Below are positions 12,871-52,844 of a DNA stretch of 64,000 bases, piece by piece (within the stretch, counting starts at the first letter, position 1; each line of letters starts with the position of its first letter). This DNA is from Callorhinchus milii (Eukaryota): positions 70,620,001-70,684,000 of the forward strand of contig NW_024704742.1 of the NCBI RefSeq assembly GCF_018977255.1, given 5' to 3'. Both the position numbers and the translations under genes were made by a program. A model generated the notes under the pieces. The model worked only from the letters and a program-made list of their open reading frames with translations, did not search any database and had not been told where the DNA came from.

Positions 12871-14214
12871 TTAGTTACAAAGAGAAAAAAGAGTGAGAGA
12901 AAAAGGGTGTTTTTGGGGGTGGGGTGTAGGAGACATTGGGTGGGTCAAAGGAGAAACATGGATCAACAGGGAGAAACTCCCTTTGCTTTTTAGGCAGGCC
13001 AGCGAGATTTTTAACATCCACCTAAACAGGTCCCACACGGCGGGGAGCTCAGTTTAATTCCTCATCAGAAGGACGGTGCCTCAGACAATGCGTCACTTCC
13101 TTGTCCCCAGCACTGCACCTGAACATCAGCCTAGACATGGGGTCTCGAACTCACAACCTTCTGGCTCAGAGGCAAGAGCCAGGTGGGGGATCCCAGGGTT
13201 GGTTTAAGAGGTACCTTTTCTTGGCGTACATTATAGACATACTACTCCCTCCACTCGGCACTCAGTGGCCTTCTTCACGTTCCCTACCCTGCACCCCCCT
13301 CTCCACCCCCCATCTACTCCCCCCACCCCCACCATCAGCCGTCAGGCTTTCAGCCTTCCTGCCTCCACCCTCTGGAACTCTATCCCGGAGCCCCTCCACC
13401 TGGCTCCCTCCCTTGCCTCCTTCAATGTCGTATCAAGACCTTCCCCTTTCACTGCACCTTCAGTCATCTTCCCCCATGCTGACTCACAACCGCTTTGACC
13501 CTCACCCCTCCCAAATGCAACCCCCAGCTTGGGTGCAAATCCTTGACTGTCCAGCGCCTTGTGACGTCCTCCCGATGTGAAAGGCGCTTTATCAAATGCA
13601 AGGATTATTATTATTATTATTTTTGCCCCCACCCTCTGGAATTCCATCCTTCCCAAATCCAACCCCCAGCACGGGTGCAAACCCTTAACTTTCCAGGGCC
13701 TTTGAATGTGAAAGAGCGATGTGAAAGGTGCTGTATGAATGTGATTTGTTGTTGATTTTTTCTCTTCTCTATCTCTTTCTCTCTCTCTCTCGCTCCCTCA
13801 ATAAAACAGGGTCTAAGAGTGAATTGCTTGAAGGATAAGCGAGGCTGGGAGCATCTCAGTAATGAGTTCTCACGCTCAGGCCCGTGTTATACCCAGATGT
13901 ATTATTTGTGGTGTTGAAAGCCAGAGGCAGAGTCAATCCCCTATTGATGGAACAAAGTTATGTTGGATTATAAAGGAGTCGATGCTCTTTGCCCCTGGCA
14001 CATTCTGGCTAGTCTGTCAGCCTGGCTCAGTTGATAGTTCTCTCGCCTCTGGAGCAGAAGGTTGTGGGATGGAGCCTTGCAGTGGGGATTTGAGCTCACA
14101 GTGCAGGACGAGGGAGGAGCGAGGGAGAGGGAAGGAGGCCGGTGTGGCTTCCATCCTTTGGATGAGACACTAAACCGAGGCCCTGACTGTGCCTGTTCAT
14201 CACCATGTTTCATG

Positions 14215-14680
14215 TCCCCCTCTCCAGCATGATGGTAGATCTTAAAGGGTTAAATTATGAGGACAGTTTGCATAAACTTGGTCTCTATTCCCTTGGGTTT
14301 AGAAGGTTGAGGGGTGATCTAATTGAGGTGTTTAAAATAATAAAGGGATCCGACAGGGTACTACAGAGAAACTATTTCCTCTGGTGGGGAAATCCAGAAA
14401 TAGGGGCATCATTTTAAGATTAGACCCAGGGCAATTAGAAGTGAAATTAGGCAGCATTCTTTCACCCAAACTGTAGCGGAACTCTGGAACTCTCTCTTCC
14501 AAAAGATTGTGGATGTTGAATTTTGAAGACTGAGGTGGATAGAGATTGGTTAGGTCACGGTATCAAGGGATATGGGGCATAGGCGGATAATTGGAGTTGA
14601 GGTATGGATCAGCCATGAGCTAATAGAATGGCAGAATTGGCTCGAGGGGCTGAATGGTCTACTCCTGTTCCTGTGTTCCT
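14215..14680 (+). mobile_element. CR1 3' fragment
   Basis: LKGLNYEDSLHKLGLYSLGFRRLRGDLIEVFKIIKG and tail ggctcgaggggctgaatggtctactcctgttcct. Confidence 0.85.
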
Positions 14681-17600
14681 ATCCATCCTACCATAGGCAG
14701 GTGGCCTTTCAGCCATTCTCCCACCCCTCCCACCCCACAACCACACATCCAGTCAGCAGTCAGCCATATGAAACACTTGGGATGTCTTCCCAATGTGAAA
14801 AGCGCTGTGAAAATGAAAATTGTATTGCATTGTATAGATATTAAAGACCCCACCCACCGACCCCCACAATGCTTCTGAAATGGAGAAGGGAGTTTCTCCC
14901 AGTGTCCTGCCCGAAAATCTCACAATGGCTCGCAGGGTGCAAAATGTATTCCTTATTCCTCTCCAACAACAGTCAGTAAATCAGAGGGAAAATTCCCATG
15001 TATAGGTGGGTGTAAGTATGTGGAACTCTCAGTCTGGTTTGGAGACTCTTAAGCACGGTGATGGGTTTGAGCTACCGACAGAGCCAGGCTGACACAAATT
15101 CAGCATCAACCAAAGGTGGGCGGACATCTGCGTCTCATTCATATTTGCCCATGTGTTTTCTTGGAAATGTTTCCTTTACGTGTTCCTTTAAGAACGCGCA
15201 AACGAGAGAGAGAGACAGAGAGACAATAAGATTCATGCATTACCATAATGCAACAATGAGGTACTTCTACGAGCAGACTGGCTGAATCGGGGCTCCCTGG
15301 TGTGTGCTCCAACCTCGCTGCTAATGTTACTACCTTCATGTAATGTTGTAAAATTATAATAAATTGAAGTTTCAAACCTCTCCGAATAGCCATAATTGGA
15401 CTCCCCCCACAATTCCCTCAAGTGTTGAACGAGCCCGTCTATAAAATCCATCTTTCAACTTTTCCTTCTTGAAGTTAATAACAGAGTTGTCTCATTTTTA
15501 CACCATTAGGTGTAGCCTTCCTGGTGAACAATTGGAAGGAATTTCTCTTCTCCCCCTCCAATAAAATAATAATCATCCTTGCATTTGATATAACGCCTTA
15601 TAACGCCTTCGAGACATCCTAAAGTGCTTCAACGAATACAATAATAATTCTTGCATTTGATATTGTGCCTTTCACGTTATCGAAATGTCTCAAAGCGCTT
15701 CACAGAACATAATGTAAAGTGAATGGAATGTATATTTTGCGGGCGAAATGTAATATATATATTGTAAAGTGGTTTGACTGTGCATTTTGTGGGCGAAACT
15801 TGTCAGCCAATTGCGCACAGCAGTGTCCCTCAAACAGTCGTGGATTGTGTGACCAATTTATTATTGTTATTTGGAGGGTTTATTATCCTCGGAAAGTGAT
15901 CCGCCAATTGACTAACAACCAAGTTCCTACTTATTGCTAGGCAATCAGAAGCGAGGGGATTTGCCTAAGGTTTCCCCTCACCTGGGAATCGAACATGGGT
16001 CCCCTCATTTGTGAGGTTCGTGCTCTAACCACTCTGCCAGAGGACTCCATAAAATTCCCTTTTCTGTCCCCCTCACCCCACCCCAATCTCCCTTTTTTCC
16101 GTGATTAGCTGGAGTGTAATTTGCATTTTTCTTAATCAGATTATACAGAATACACTGTAAAGTGGATTGACTGTGTATTTCGTGAGCTGCATGTGGCAGC
16201 CAATTGTGCACAACAGTGTCCCACAAACAGTAATGGATTGATTGACCACATTTTTTAAAAAGGGATTATTACCCCTGGAAAGCGATCCACCAATCGATTA
16301 ACATCTGGGTTCCTACTTATTGCTAGGTAAACAGAAGCGTGTGTAGTAAGGAAACTTGCCCAAAGTTTCGCTCCACCCGGGAAATTAACCCAGGTCCTCT
16401 TGCTTGTAAGGCAAGTGCTCTAACCACTATGCCACGAGACTCCACTATATATTATTATTATTGCAAAGGTGCTCTAATTTTAATATACACATGAAGGAGA
16501 TTAATAGAAGGATATGGGAGGGAGTAAGGAGCGGGGAGAGACTCAAGTGAATATAAACATCGGTTTGGACCTAATGGTGTGTTTCCGTGCTGTACAGGGT
16601 GTTCACAAAGTCATGTTACCCAGCCCTGTTTTTATTCATACAATAAATTTTCATTTCCTGTGGTACCGAACATGGCAAAGGATCATTATCTGCCAAGAAA
16701 ATGATGGCACTCGCTCACACCAGTCTTTTGGATGTCTAAATACAGTTAAACACTTGCACTGAATACAATTAAGTACTTCTAAATACAATTCATCATTCTT
16801 CTACATTCTGTAGTGTCCTGTAGTGTAGTGGTTAGCATACTCGCTTCGTAAACAAGAGAACCTGGGTTCAATTCCTGGGCAGGGTGAAACCTTAGGTAAG
16901 TTTTCTTACTCCACACACTTTTGTTTACCAAGCAGTAAGTAGGAACCTGCTTGTTAGTTGATTGGCGGATTGCTTTCCGGGGGTAACAATCCCTTCAAAA
17001 AAATAATTTGAGACATTGCTGTGCGCAATTGGCTGCCACATTTCACCCACAAAATACACAGTCAATCCACTTTACAGTATATCCAGACATCTCAACAACG
17101 CAATAATGCACCATATCAAATGCAAGTATTATTATTATATTTTAGTTGTTGGTCAATGCACTGTAGAAAAAAAGCATTCAGATAACAGGACTTTGTGAAC
17201 ACCCTGAACAGTCTATGTAATTCATTGTAAAGCTGAGACCGGGTGGAATTTCAGGTCATGAGTTCCTCCAAGCAACCACAACAAAGCAGCTCTGAGAGAG
17301 AGAGAGTTATTGGGCTCATCTCAGCAATACTCTCTGTCCTTTTAATAAGAGGTTTCACGGCACTACCCATAAATAATAATTCTTGTCAAGCTTAATGAGG
17401 CAAAGAGGCTTGATACTCGGGGAAGTGTTGTGATTTCGGCATGGTCTATAATGAAGGTAATGATTCCGTTAATATACACAGACCAGCGTATGCTGAGGTC
17501 TTACTGTTAATTTAATGAACATTTTAAAACACGGCCACACATATATCTACTCCCTAGGGCAAGTAACGACCACATGGTTAGTTGTGGTAACAGACTCTGA

Positions 17601-20600
17601 GGCCAGGGGAAAGAGCAATGACAATCCAGCTCCTTCCCTTCCATAAATACTCAATAATATGTAATAATAATCTTAATCATAATGATGCTTACATTTGATG
17701 CAGCGCCTGTCACACCTGGGAGGACATTTCACAGAGCTTCACAGGATTTTAATAATAATAATCCTTGCATTTGATATGGCACCTTATCATTGCGATGTCT
17801 CAAAGCGTTTCACAGGATATATTGTAAAGTAGATTGACTGTGATTTTGTGGGCGAAATGCGGCAGCCAATTTGAGCAAGTAATGTCCTGCAAACAGCCAT
17901 GAAGTGATTGCACCACTGCACAATCACATGTGCCACTCCCCCATCACTGCGCTGGAGTAGTTGATTCACTCCAGGTGTAAGAGACAAAAGGACAGTGACA
18001 CCTGAGGTGAGAGCATTACTGACTGAGTCAGACTGACACCTCAACTAATGGGGTATGGGTGCTAATCTATGGGACCTTAGTACATTCACACCCCCCCCCC
18101 CCCACCCTGCTTCATGCTCGGTCCTTTCTGCCGACTTTCACTGCGGGTGTGTTACGAGGTGTGAGAGAGCCTGCACTGACTCACACTCGCTTGTTACTAT
18201 TTTATGATTTAATTTGCCAGCCCCCAGGTGACCAATCCTGCAACGTGAGAATTGTTCTGATGGACACTTGCCTGAGCTGGTTTGACGCCTATCCCCCACC
18301 ACCCCAACAACACTACAATTGTAATGGAAATTGGGGCTGTATCGTGGATTCCCGTAGTGTTGTGGTTAGTGCACTTACCTCGCAAGCAAGTGGACCCGGT
18401 TTTGATTCCCGGATGGGGCAAAAACCTTAAGCAGGTTTCCTTACTCCACACGCCTCTGTTTACCCAGCAGTAAGTAGGTTGTTAGTCGATTGACGTTTTG
18501 CATTCCGGGGTAATGATGCCTCCAAAAAAAATTATTTGGTCACTGAATCCTTGACTGCTTGTGGTACACTGCTGTGTGCAATACAGTCACTCCACTTTAC
18601 AATATGTCCTGTGAAGCGCTTTGAGATATCTTAACAAAGTGATAAGGCACTATATCAAATCCAACAATAATAATTATTATTAATATCCCTGCAATTTCCA
18701 CGTGAGGCGGGATGAATGGAATTCTCAGTTTGGTTTGGATACTCTTAAGCATGGTGATGGATTTCCGCATGTGGCTGACTAAAATTTAAGAATGGTCTCT
18801 CTGTGAGGATGCGGCCCCTTTAAGAGACAAAGACTGACTAATAACAGGAGCTGACTTGGTCACCCTTTGCCAGGAAGCCCTGCACCTTCCACCCCCATTA
18901 CTGTCAGTTCTGCCACGTTCCCAGTTATTGCAGGTCTCTCCTGAGAGTGTCCATGGCTACATTAATCACAGCGGCCACCGATCTGTGTGTGCTGTGAGCC
19001 CACTCCTCAACCATCATCAATCACAGGCCTCTGGAGCTACCAAACCCTGGGGTAGGAGGGAAGGAAGGAAGAAAGGAAAGAGGGAAGGAAAGAAGATGAG
19101 AGCAAGAGAGAAAAAAATAGAGAAAGAGGGAGAAAGGAGGAGAACTGGTGAGAGTGAGAGAATGAGACGGCAGAGCACAAGAGAGTGATAGAGGGAAAAA
19201 GAGATAAAGACATTAATTTAAAAAACATAATAATCCTTGTGTTTCATACACTTTGTGGTCAGGAGGTACTTTCACGATAGTTTGTTGTAGGTGATCGCAG
19301 CAGCCAATTCGCATACAGCAACATTACACAAACAGCCATGAAGTGAGTGACTGATTTTATTTGGGGTATTGTCGTCCAAGACATCGGGAGAGAGAAACTC
19401 CCTTCTCTTTTCCAACGAAGTCGATAAAGTCAAAGGATTTGGCAGAAATCAATCTATAATTCCATTAGACATTTCATTGCTTCGGTTCAGATTTGATTGT
19501 GTTTTTTAAACATGCCAAAAAGAAGGAAAAATTATGTCTGGGTTGGGGGTGTGGTGGGGGGAACTCTGTCTCCATCACACGCTGTGTAGAAACAACAACA
19601 ACTGGTATTTATACTGTGCAAGGGATACAGAGTAACATCTCAGAGCCTGTCAGGTAGAGTAACATCTCAAGAGTCTATTACATGGAATAAAATCTTGGAT
19701 ATGTCACACAGATTAAAGTTAGCACAGGAGGATGTCAGAGTGAGGATCTTGAAGCTGGAGCTAGGGAGCCGGTGGAGCCTAGTGAGGACTTGGGGAGATG
19801 GGTGTGAAGAGGGTGGTGTAGATGATGTCTCTGTGTTTTACATTACGTTTATAGATTAGTGTGACTGAGGAAGACGACAACAACACATTGTATTTTTACA
19901 GCAAATTCACGCCCTTCAACACAGGGCAGCATTTTGGAGCGGTGGAATAGTGGAGTCCTGTAAGGTAGTGGTTAGCATGTTCGCCTCGCAAGCGAGAGGA
20001 TCCGGGTTCCATTCCCAGGCAGGGCGAAAACTTAGATAAGTTTCCTTACTCCATACGCCTCTGTTTACCTAGCAGTAAGTTGGAATCCGATTGTTAGTCG
20101 AATGGTGCTTTTCTGTGGGTAATAATCCCTTCCAAAAATATATAAATAAATTTGTTTTATAAATATATATAAAAATGGTCACTCAATCCACGACTGTTTG
20201 AGAGACACTGCTGTACGCAATTGGAGGCCGTGTTTCGCCCACGAAATACATAGTCAATTCACTTGACAATATATCCTGTGAAGCATTTTGCGACGTCTCA
20301 ACAATGTGATAAGGCGCTAGATCAAATGCATGGATTATTATTATTATATCCTTCACCTATTCAGCCATGAGACGACCGGCTGAAATCAGAGACTTTTCAT
20401 TTGGACAGAACTGATTTCAGGCACTCATTTCGACTCCAAGCCTGACACGATATCCGTGACCAACTCTGAACTTTCTCAATCTTCTCCACCGCCTTTGGAA
20501 ACTCGTTTTTATGGATAATATCTTATCTCAGCAGCTCAGGGTCAAGAGGGAGCTCACACATCAGCATTGCACATCCCCCACTTTGCCTCAATAATTGCTC

Positions 20601-22010
20601 ACAGTCGCTCAACGGTGAGCTGCAAATCTCTATTTTTGTGGAGAAGCCAGGGAATCGGGCCTTTTTTAAAAAGTAGCCATTTGTTCTGTCTTGTGCTAAC
20701 CGTTGCCATGGTTTCAGCTCCACAGGTGATGGTCTGTTTGTCTGTCTAGCTTTTCCTGGAATGTGGGCTTGCTAATACAGTGAGCCGGGCTCACACGCTC
20801 CACTCTGACACAGCGGGGAAGAGAGACCAGGAGCGCATGTTAAAGCATTTCGTGCACCTCCTTCCCCTTCCCCCCACCCCCCAACACGCACACACTCTAA
20901 TAATAATCCTTGCATTTGATACAAGCGCCTTATCACATCGTTGAGATGTCTCACAAGAGCTTCACAGAATATACTGTAGTGAGTATACTGTAGTATATTT
21001 TGTGGGCGAAACGCAGCAGTGTATTGTGCACGACAGTGTCCCACAAACAGTCATGGATTGAGTGACCAAATTATTATTTCTTTATTTTGAAGAATTATTA
21101 TTACCCCAGCAAAGCCATCTGCCAATCGAATAACAACCAGGTTCCTACTTATGCTAAGTAAACAGAGGTGTGTGGAGTAAGCCATTTACCTAAGGTTTCG
21201 CCCAACCGGGGAATCAAAGCCGGGTCCTCACACCTATGAGGCGAGCGCACTAACCACTACACGACAGGACTCCACCCTACATTGAGACCAGGGAAGAGAG
21301 GCTTTGCTTCTGAGGAGACTGGAGTTAACTAGGGCTGATTTCACAGTAACAGGGAGCTGTGAGCAGGCCTGACAGACATGTTCAGAATGGCGACTGTTCT
21401 TTTAAGCGCTCTGAGACTCTACCCTGTGTGACGGGCGCTGTATAAATGCAAGGTTGCTTGATTTTTCTTTCGATGAAGTAAATAGGGAGAACATATTTCC
21501 ACTGAGGCACTAACTAGATGTCAAGCTCACTGGATCCCAGAGGGGAAAGGTCAGAGTGCAGGGTTCCATTCCCCTCTCTCCCAGCATCGCCCCAGTGTCA
21601 GACTCCAAACCGTCTGTCAGAGTAACACTCCGGGAGGATGATGAGTGAGTGTGTTCGCCTCGCAAGCAAAGGGACCCGGATCGATTCCCGTGCAGGGTGA
21701 AACCTAATGCAAGTTTCCTAACTTCACATGCCTCTGTTTACCTAACAGCAAGTAGGAACCTGGGAGTTAAGTGCTCTGGGATGCTACCCTGCATGAGGCG
21801 TTATATAAATGCAAGTTGTTGTTGTTAGTTGATTGGCAGATCGTTTTCCACGGTTAATAATGCCTACCCTTATCACTCAATCCATGACCGTTTGTGGGAC
21901 ACTGCTGTGCGCAATTGGCTGCGTGTTTTGCCAGCAAAATACACAGTTAATTCACTTCAGAGTATATTCTTTACAGTCCCAGCGAGACACCTGGGTTCAA
22001 TTCCAGGCAG

Positions 22011-22343
22011 TGGAGTCCTGTAGCTCAGTGGTTAGAGCACTCGCTTTGCAAGCGAGAGACCTGAGTTCAATTCCAGGCAGAGGGCGAAACCTTGGGCAAA
22101 TTTCCTTACTCCACACAGAGCCTAATAATAATCCCTCCAAAACCAAAAATAATAATAATAAATTGGTCATTTTCAATCTACGACTGTTTGTGGGACATTG
22201 CTGTGCGCAATTGGCTGCCGCGTTCGCCCACAAATATACAGTCAATTCACTTTACAGTGTGTTCTGTGAAGCGCTTTGGGACGTCCTCCCGACGTGAAAA
22301 GCGCTATATCAAATGCAAGGATTATTATTATTATTATTATTAT
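22011..22343 (+). mobile_element. Young tRNA-derived SINE (type A, short subfamily)
   Basis: A box TAGCTCAGTGG, B box GTTCAATTC, tRNA-like arm ctcgc-tttgcaa-gcgag, L2-type tail ending (ATT)n; near-identical to the copies at 56335 and 58713. Confidence 0.9.
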
Positions 22344-22949
22344 ATCAAATGCATTGATTAGTATTATATATTATATGTGTGTTTTTTTTACGTATCTATA
22401 TTGAGCTTTTATGTCCATTAAAGAAGATAGTTTCTTCTGTTGTATATGGAGGAATGAGCTGTGAGCAATGATTAGATAAGCTAGGAACTTTTCAGTCACA
22501 ACAGGAGACAACTCAGAGGGGACTTTATAGAAGTGTACAAGGTTTTAAATGGGAATGAGAATGTAAACCCAAGAAAATTATGTTCAGATGCACTAAGACA
22601 GAAGAACAATTTATAGTAATTTAGTAGCTTAACAACGTGATAAGATGCTATATCAATGCAAGGATAATTATTATTATTAATATTAACAAGAGGACAAAGG
22701 TTTAGAGTTGTAAAAGTCAATTTCCAGATAGACATCAGGAAGAGAGGGAAAAAAATAATAATAACAACAATAATCCTTGCATTTGATATAGCGCTTTTCA
22801 CGTCTTCTAGAAGTCGCAAAGCACTTCACCGAATACTCTAAAGTGAATTGACTGTATATTTGTGGGCGAAATGCGGCAGCGAATTGCGCACAGCAGTGTC
22901 CCACAAACAGTCGTGGATTGAAATGACCAATTTATTATTGTTTTAAAGT

Positions 22950-25211
22950 AGACATCTTAATCCCAAATTTTATGTTCTGTAGTCTACAGAAACACAGATC
23001 TATAGTAACAATATTCAATTGTGTTTTCCTATCAACGGTGACGTTACAGTGCACAGGAAACAGCAAACTCCATTGATCAGATTATGAATTGATGAGCTAC
23101 AATAGAGACTGTACTGACATGCAGGGGAATTAACACAGTATATACATTGTATGTGTAGAATTTTCAGAGCTGTATGAAAATCTTATGCAAATAAAAAGTG
23201 GGATTTCTCTGAAACTATAATTTTTTTCCCCCCAGCACAATTGGATGTTTTCCAGTATGCCAGTATAATCAATATTCCTTCTTTAAATATTTCTTCTTTT
23301 TTTTAAGAAAAGAACCTTCTTTAAGATATCTTCGTAGAAACTTCTCCAGAAATCTTTTTGTGTGTGTACGGAATTTCGTATTTTCAAAATGAAAAAAATA
23401 AATAATAAAAAACGTTAGGATTTTATTTGAAACAGCATCAAAAATCTATGCCCAAAGGATCGACGGCACCTCAACCCACAGCTCACAGCAAAGCGACTGA
23501 ACAATCGTGCTCTTTAACCGCGATTTCGGTCATCGCCCCCTCTCCACCCGTCCTCCACCCATCATACCCACATCGCCACACCACACAATCTCTGTATCAG
23601 TGCAAATTATTGCTGTTGTCCTTGACTGCGTCGTACAGCAATGGGGCAAAACCATCAAGTCAGTGCAAAGGCCATTCCCTTTAATATGTTACACATGCCA
23701 CAGCCTGTTTAACAATAACATACAAGAATCTTAGCTTCCATCAGATAATTCCCCGTGCCTTCCCAAATGACAATTACCCGCCCCTCCAACCCCACCAATT
23801 CTCATTTTGTCCTCTCTCCCAAGTTAGACACACCCCAGAGAGAGAGAAGTAACTTCCTCTGGTCAGTGAATCACTAACTTCAGGGCATCAATCTGAGATC
23901 AAAGGGGTAATTTCAGGAAAGACATCAGGAAGTATTTCTTTAACGACTGGAACAGGTTATTAGGAAGGAGGGTTGAGGCCAGGACACTGGGACTCAGTTA
24001 AAAAACAGCTTGATGCTGTGTTGGGGGGATCGTAGGGTTGGTGTTCTGGAGGGATGAGATCAGATGGGCCAAAGGGCTTTCTTCATCTGAACTGATCTTG
24101 TGATCACCAAAGTGGAATGCACACAAGTACACGCAGGCACATATACACACACGCGGCACACACACAAACATATACACCCAGACACTTACGCACACACATA
24201 CACAAGCATCCACATAACATACACACACACATGCATATACAGACACACACACCCACACACAGAGGGTTATTAGGAAGTGGAACATCCAACCCCCAAAATG
24301 GTTTGTGTGGTTGGGGTGGGGGTGGTGAGGGTCAGCGCGGAGGTAGGAAATGTGGCTAAAGAATAAACGATGGAGAAAAAAGCTTAGACGGAAAACGCAG
24401 TGCTCCCCCATACAGTGCACGCACCCCTGTCCCCTCCCCCACAACCAGCACCTGCCCTCCCTCCCCCACCACCAAGTCCATTCTTCATCACGCAATACGG
24501 AACAGGGAAGCTGGCGTTGAACCCCATTAAAAAGTGGGTCATTTCCTCTTTCAGTTGTCCAACTCAGCGGGGTAGCGTTGACTTCTTCCTGTTCTGCAGG
24601 CTGGCTTTCTGTTTCTCCAGTCTCTGCGTCGCAACACTCCCGTTGGTGTCTTCATCCCCGCCCCACCCTCCCCTCCTCGAGGCAGCTCAGGACAAACAAG
24701 GGGCAAAAACGACTTCCTGTTTTCAAATTCAAAATAGCCACCAGTCCGACTATTTTTCTCCTTCCCCCTATCCCTCCCATCCCATCCCCAGCTCCATGTC
24801 CCTGACCCACTCTTCCAGAACCCCACCCACCCCAACCCCACCCCCCCCAACCCCACCCACACTGACCGTGTACCGTACAAAGTTATTTGGGGACTTAAAA
24901 AAAATTGTGAACAACAGTGGAAAATGCCAACTTTGAAAAGCCAAGGTCCGTGAATAAATAATTGGTTGTCGTTGGCAACATGTATGAAACAGAAGAAATG
25001 TGTCAGGGTATTTTTTCCCCCTGTCCTTTCCCCCTGCTCTCTCACGCCCAATCTCCCTCTTTCAATCTCCATCTCTCTCTTCCTTACAATCTCTCTCTCT
25101 CACCCTAAATCTCTCTCTCGCTTTCTCTCTCCCCCGAGTGCGCACAGCCCTCAAGATCGTCGTGCCCTGCCTTCGTCTTCGGCTGATGGAAGATCTCCTC
25201 TCACTCCTCCT
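22950..25211 (-). other. Putative EBF 3'UTR
   Basis: Mostly unique sequence downstream of the stop. Minus-strand AATAAA at 23427-23422 followed by a T-rich tract, variant CATAAA at 22974-22969, TGTATATA at 23146-23139. The end point is inferred. Confidence 0.6.

Positions 25212-52844
<27,633 letters not shown>

Noticed and set aside
20523..20723. 66-aa ORF (MELKPWQRLAQDR...) as an extra EBF exon or RTE C-terminus
   Set aside because: No similarity to EBF C-termini that I can recognise; the LAQDR match is too short to support
22011..22085. tRNA-Ala(TGC)-like gene (also 56335, 58713 and others)
   Set aside because: It is a SINE head running into SINE body and tail; no complete acceptor stem and no oligo-T terminator
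24400..25072. 170-180 aa ORFs on both strands
   Set aside because: Lie in the putative 3'UTR, driven by C-/G-rich composition, no recognisable domain
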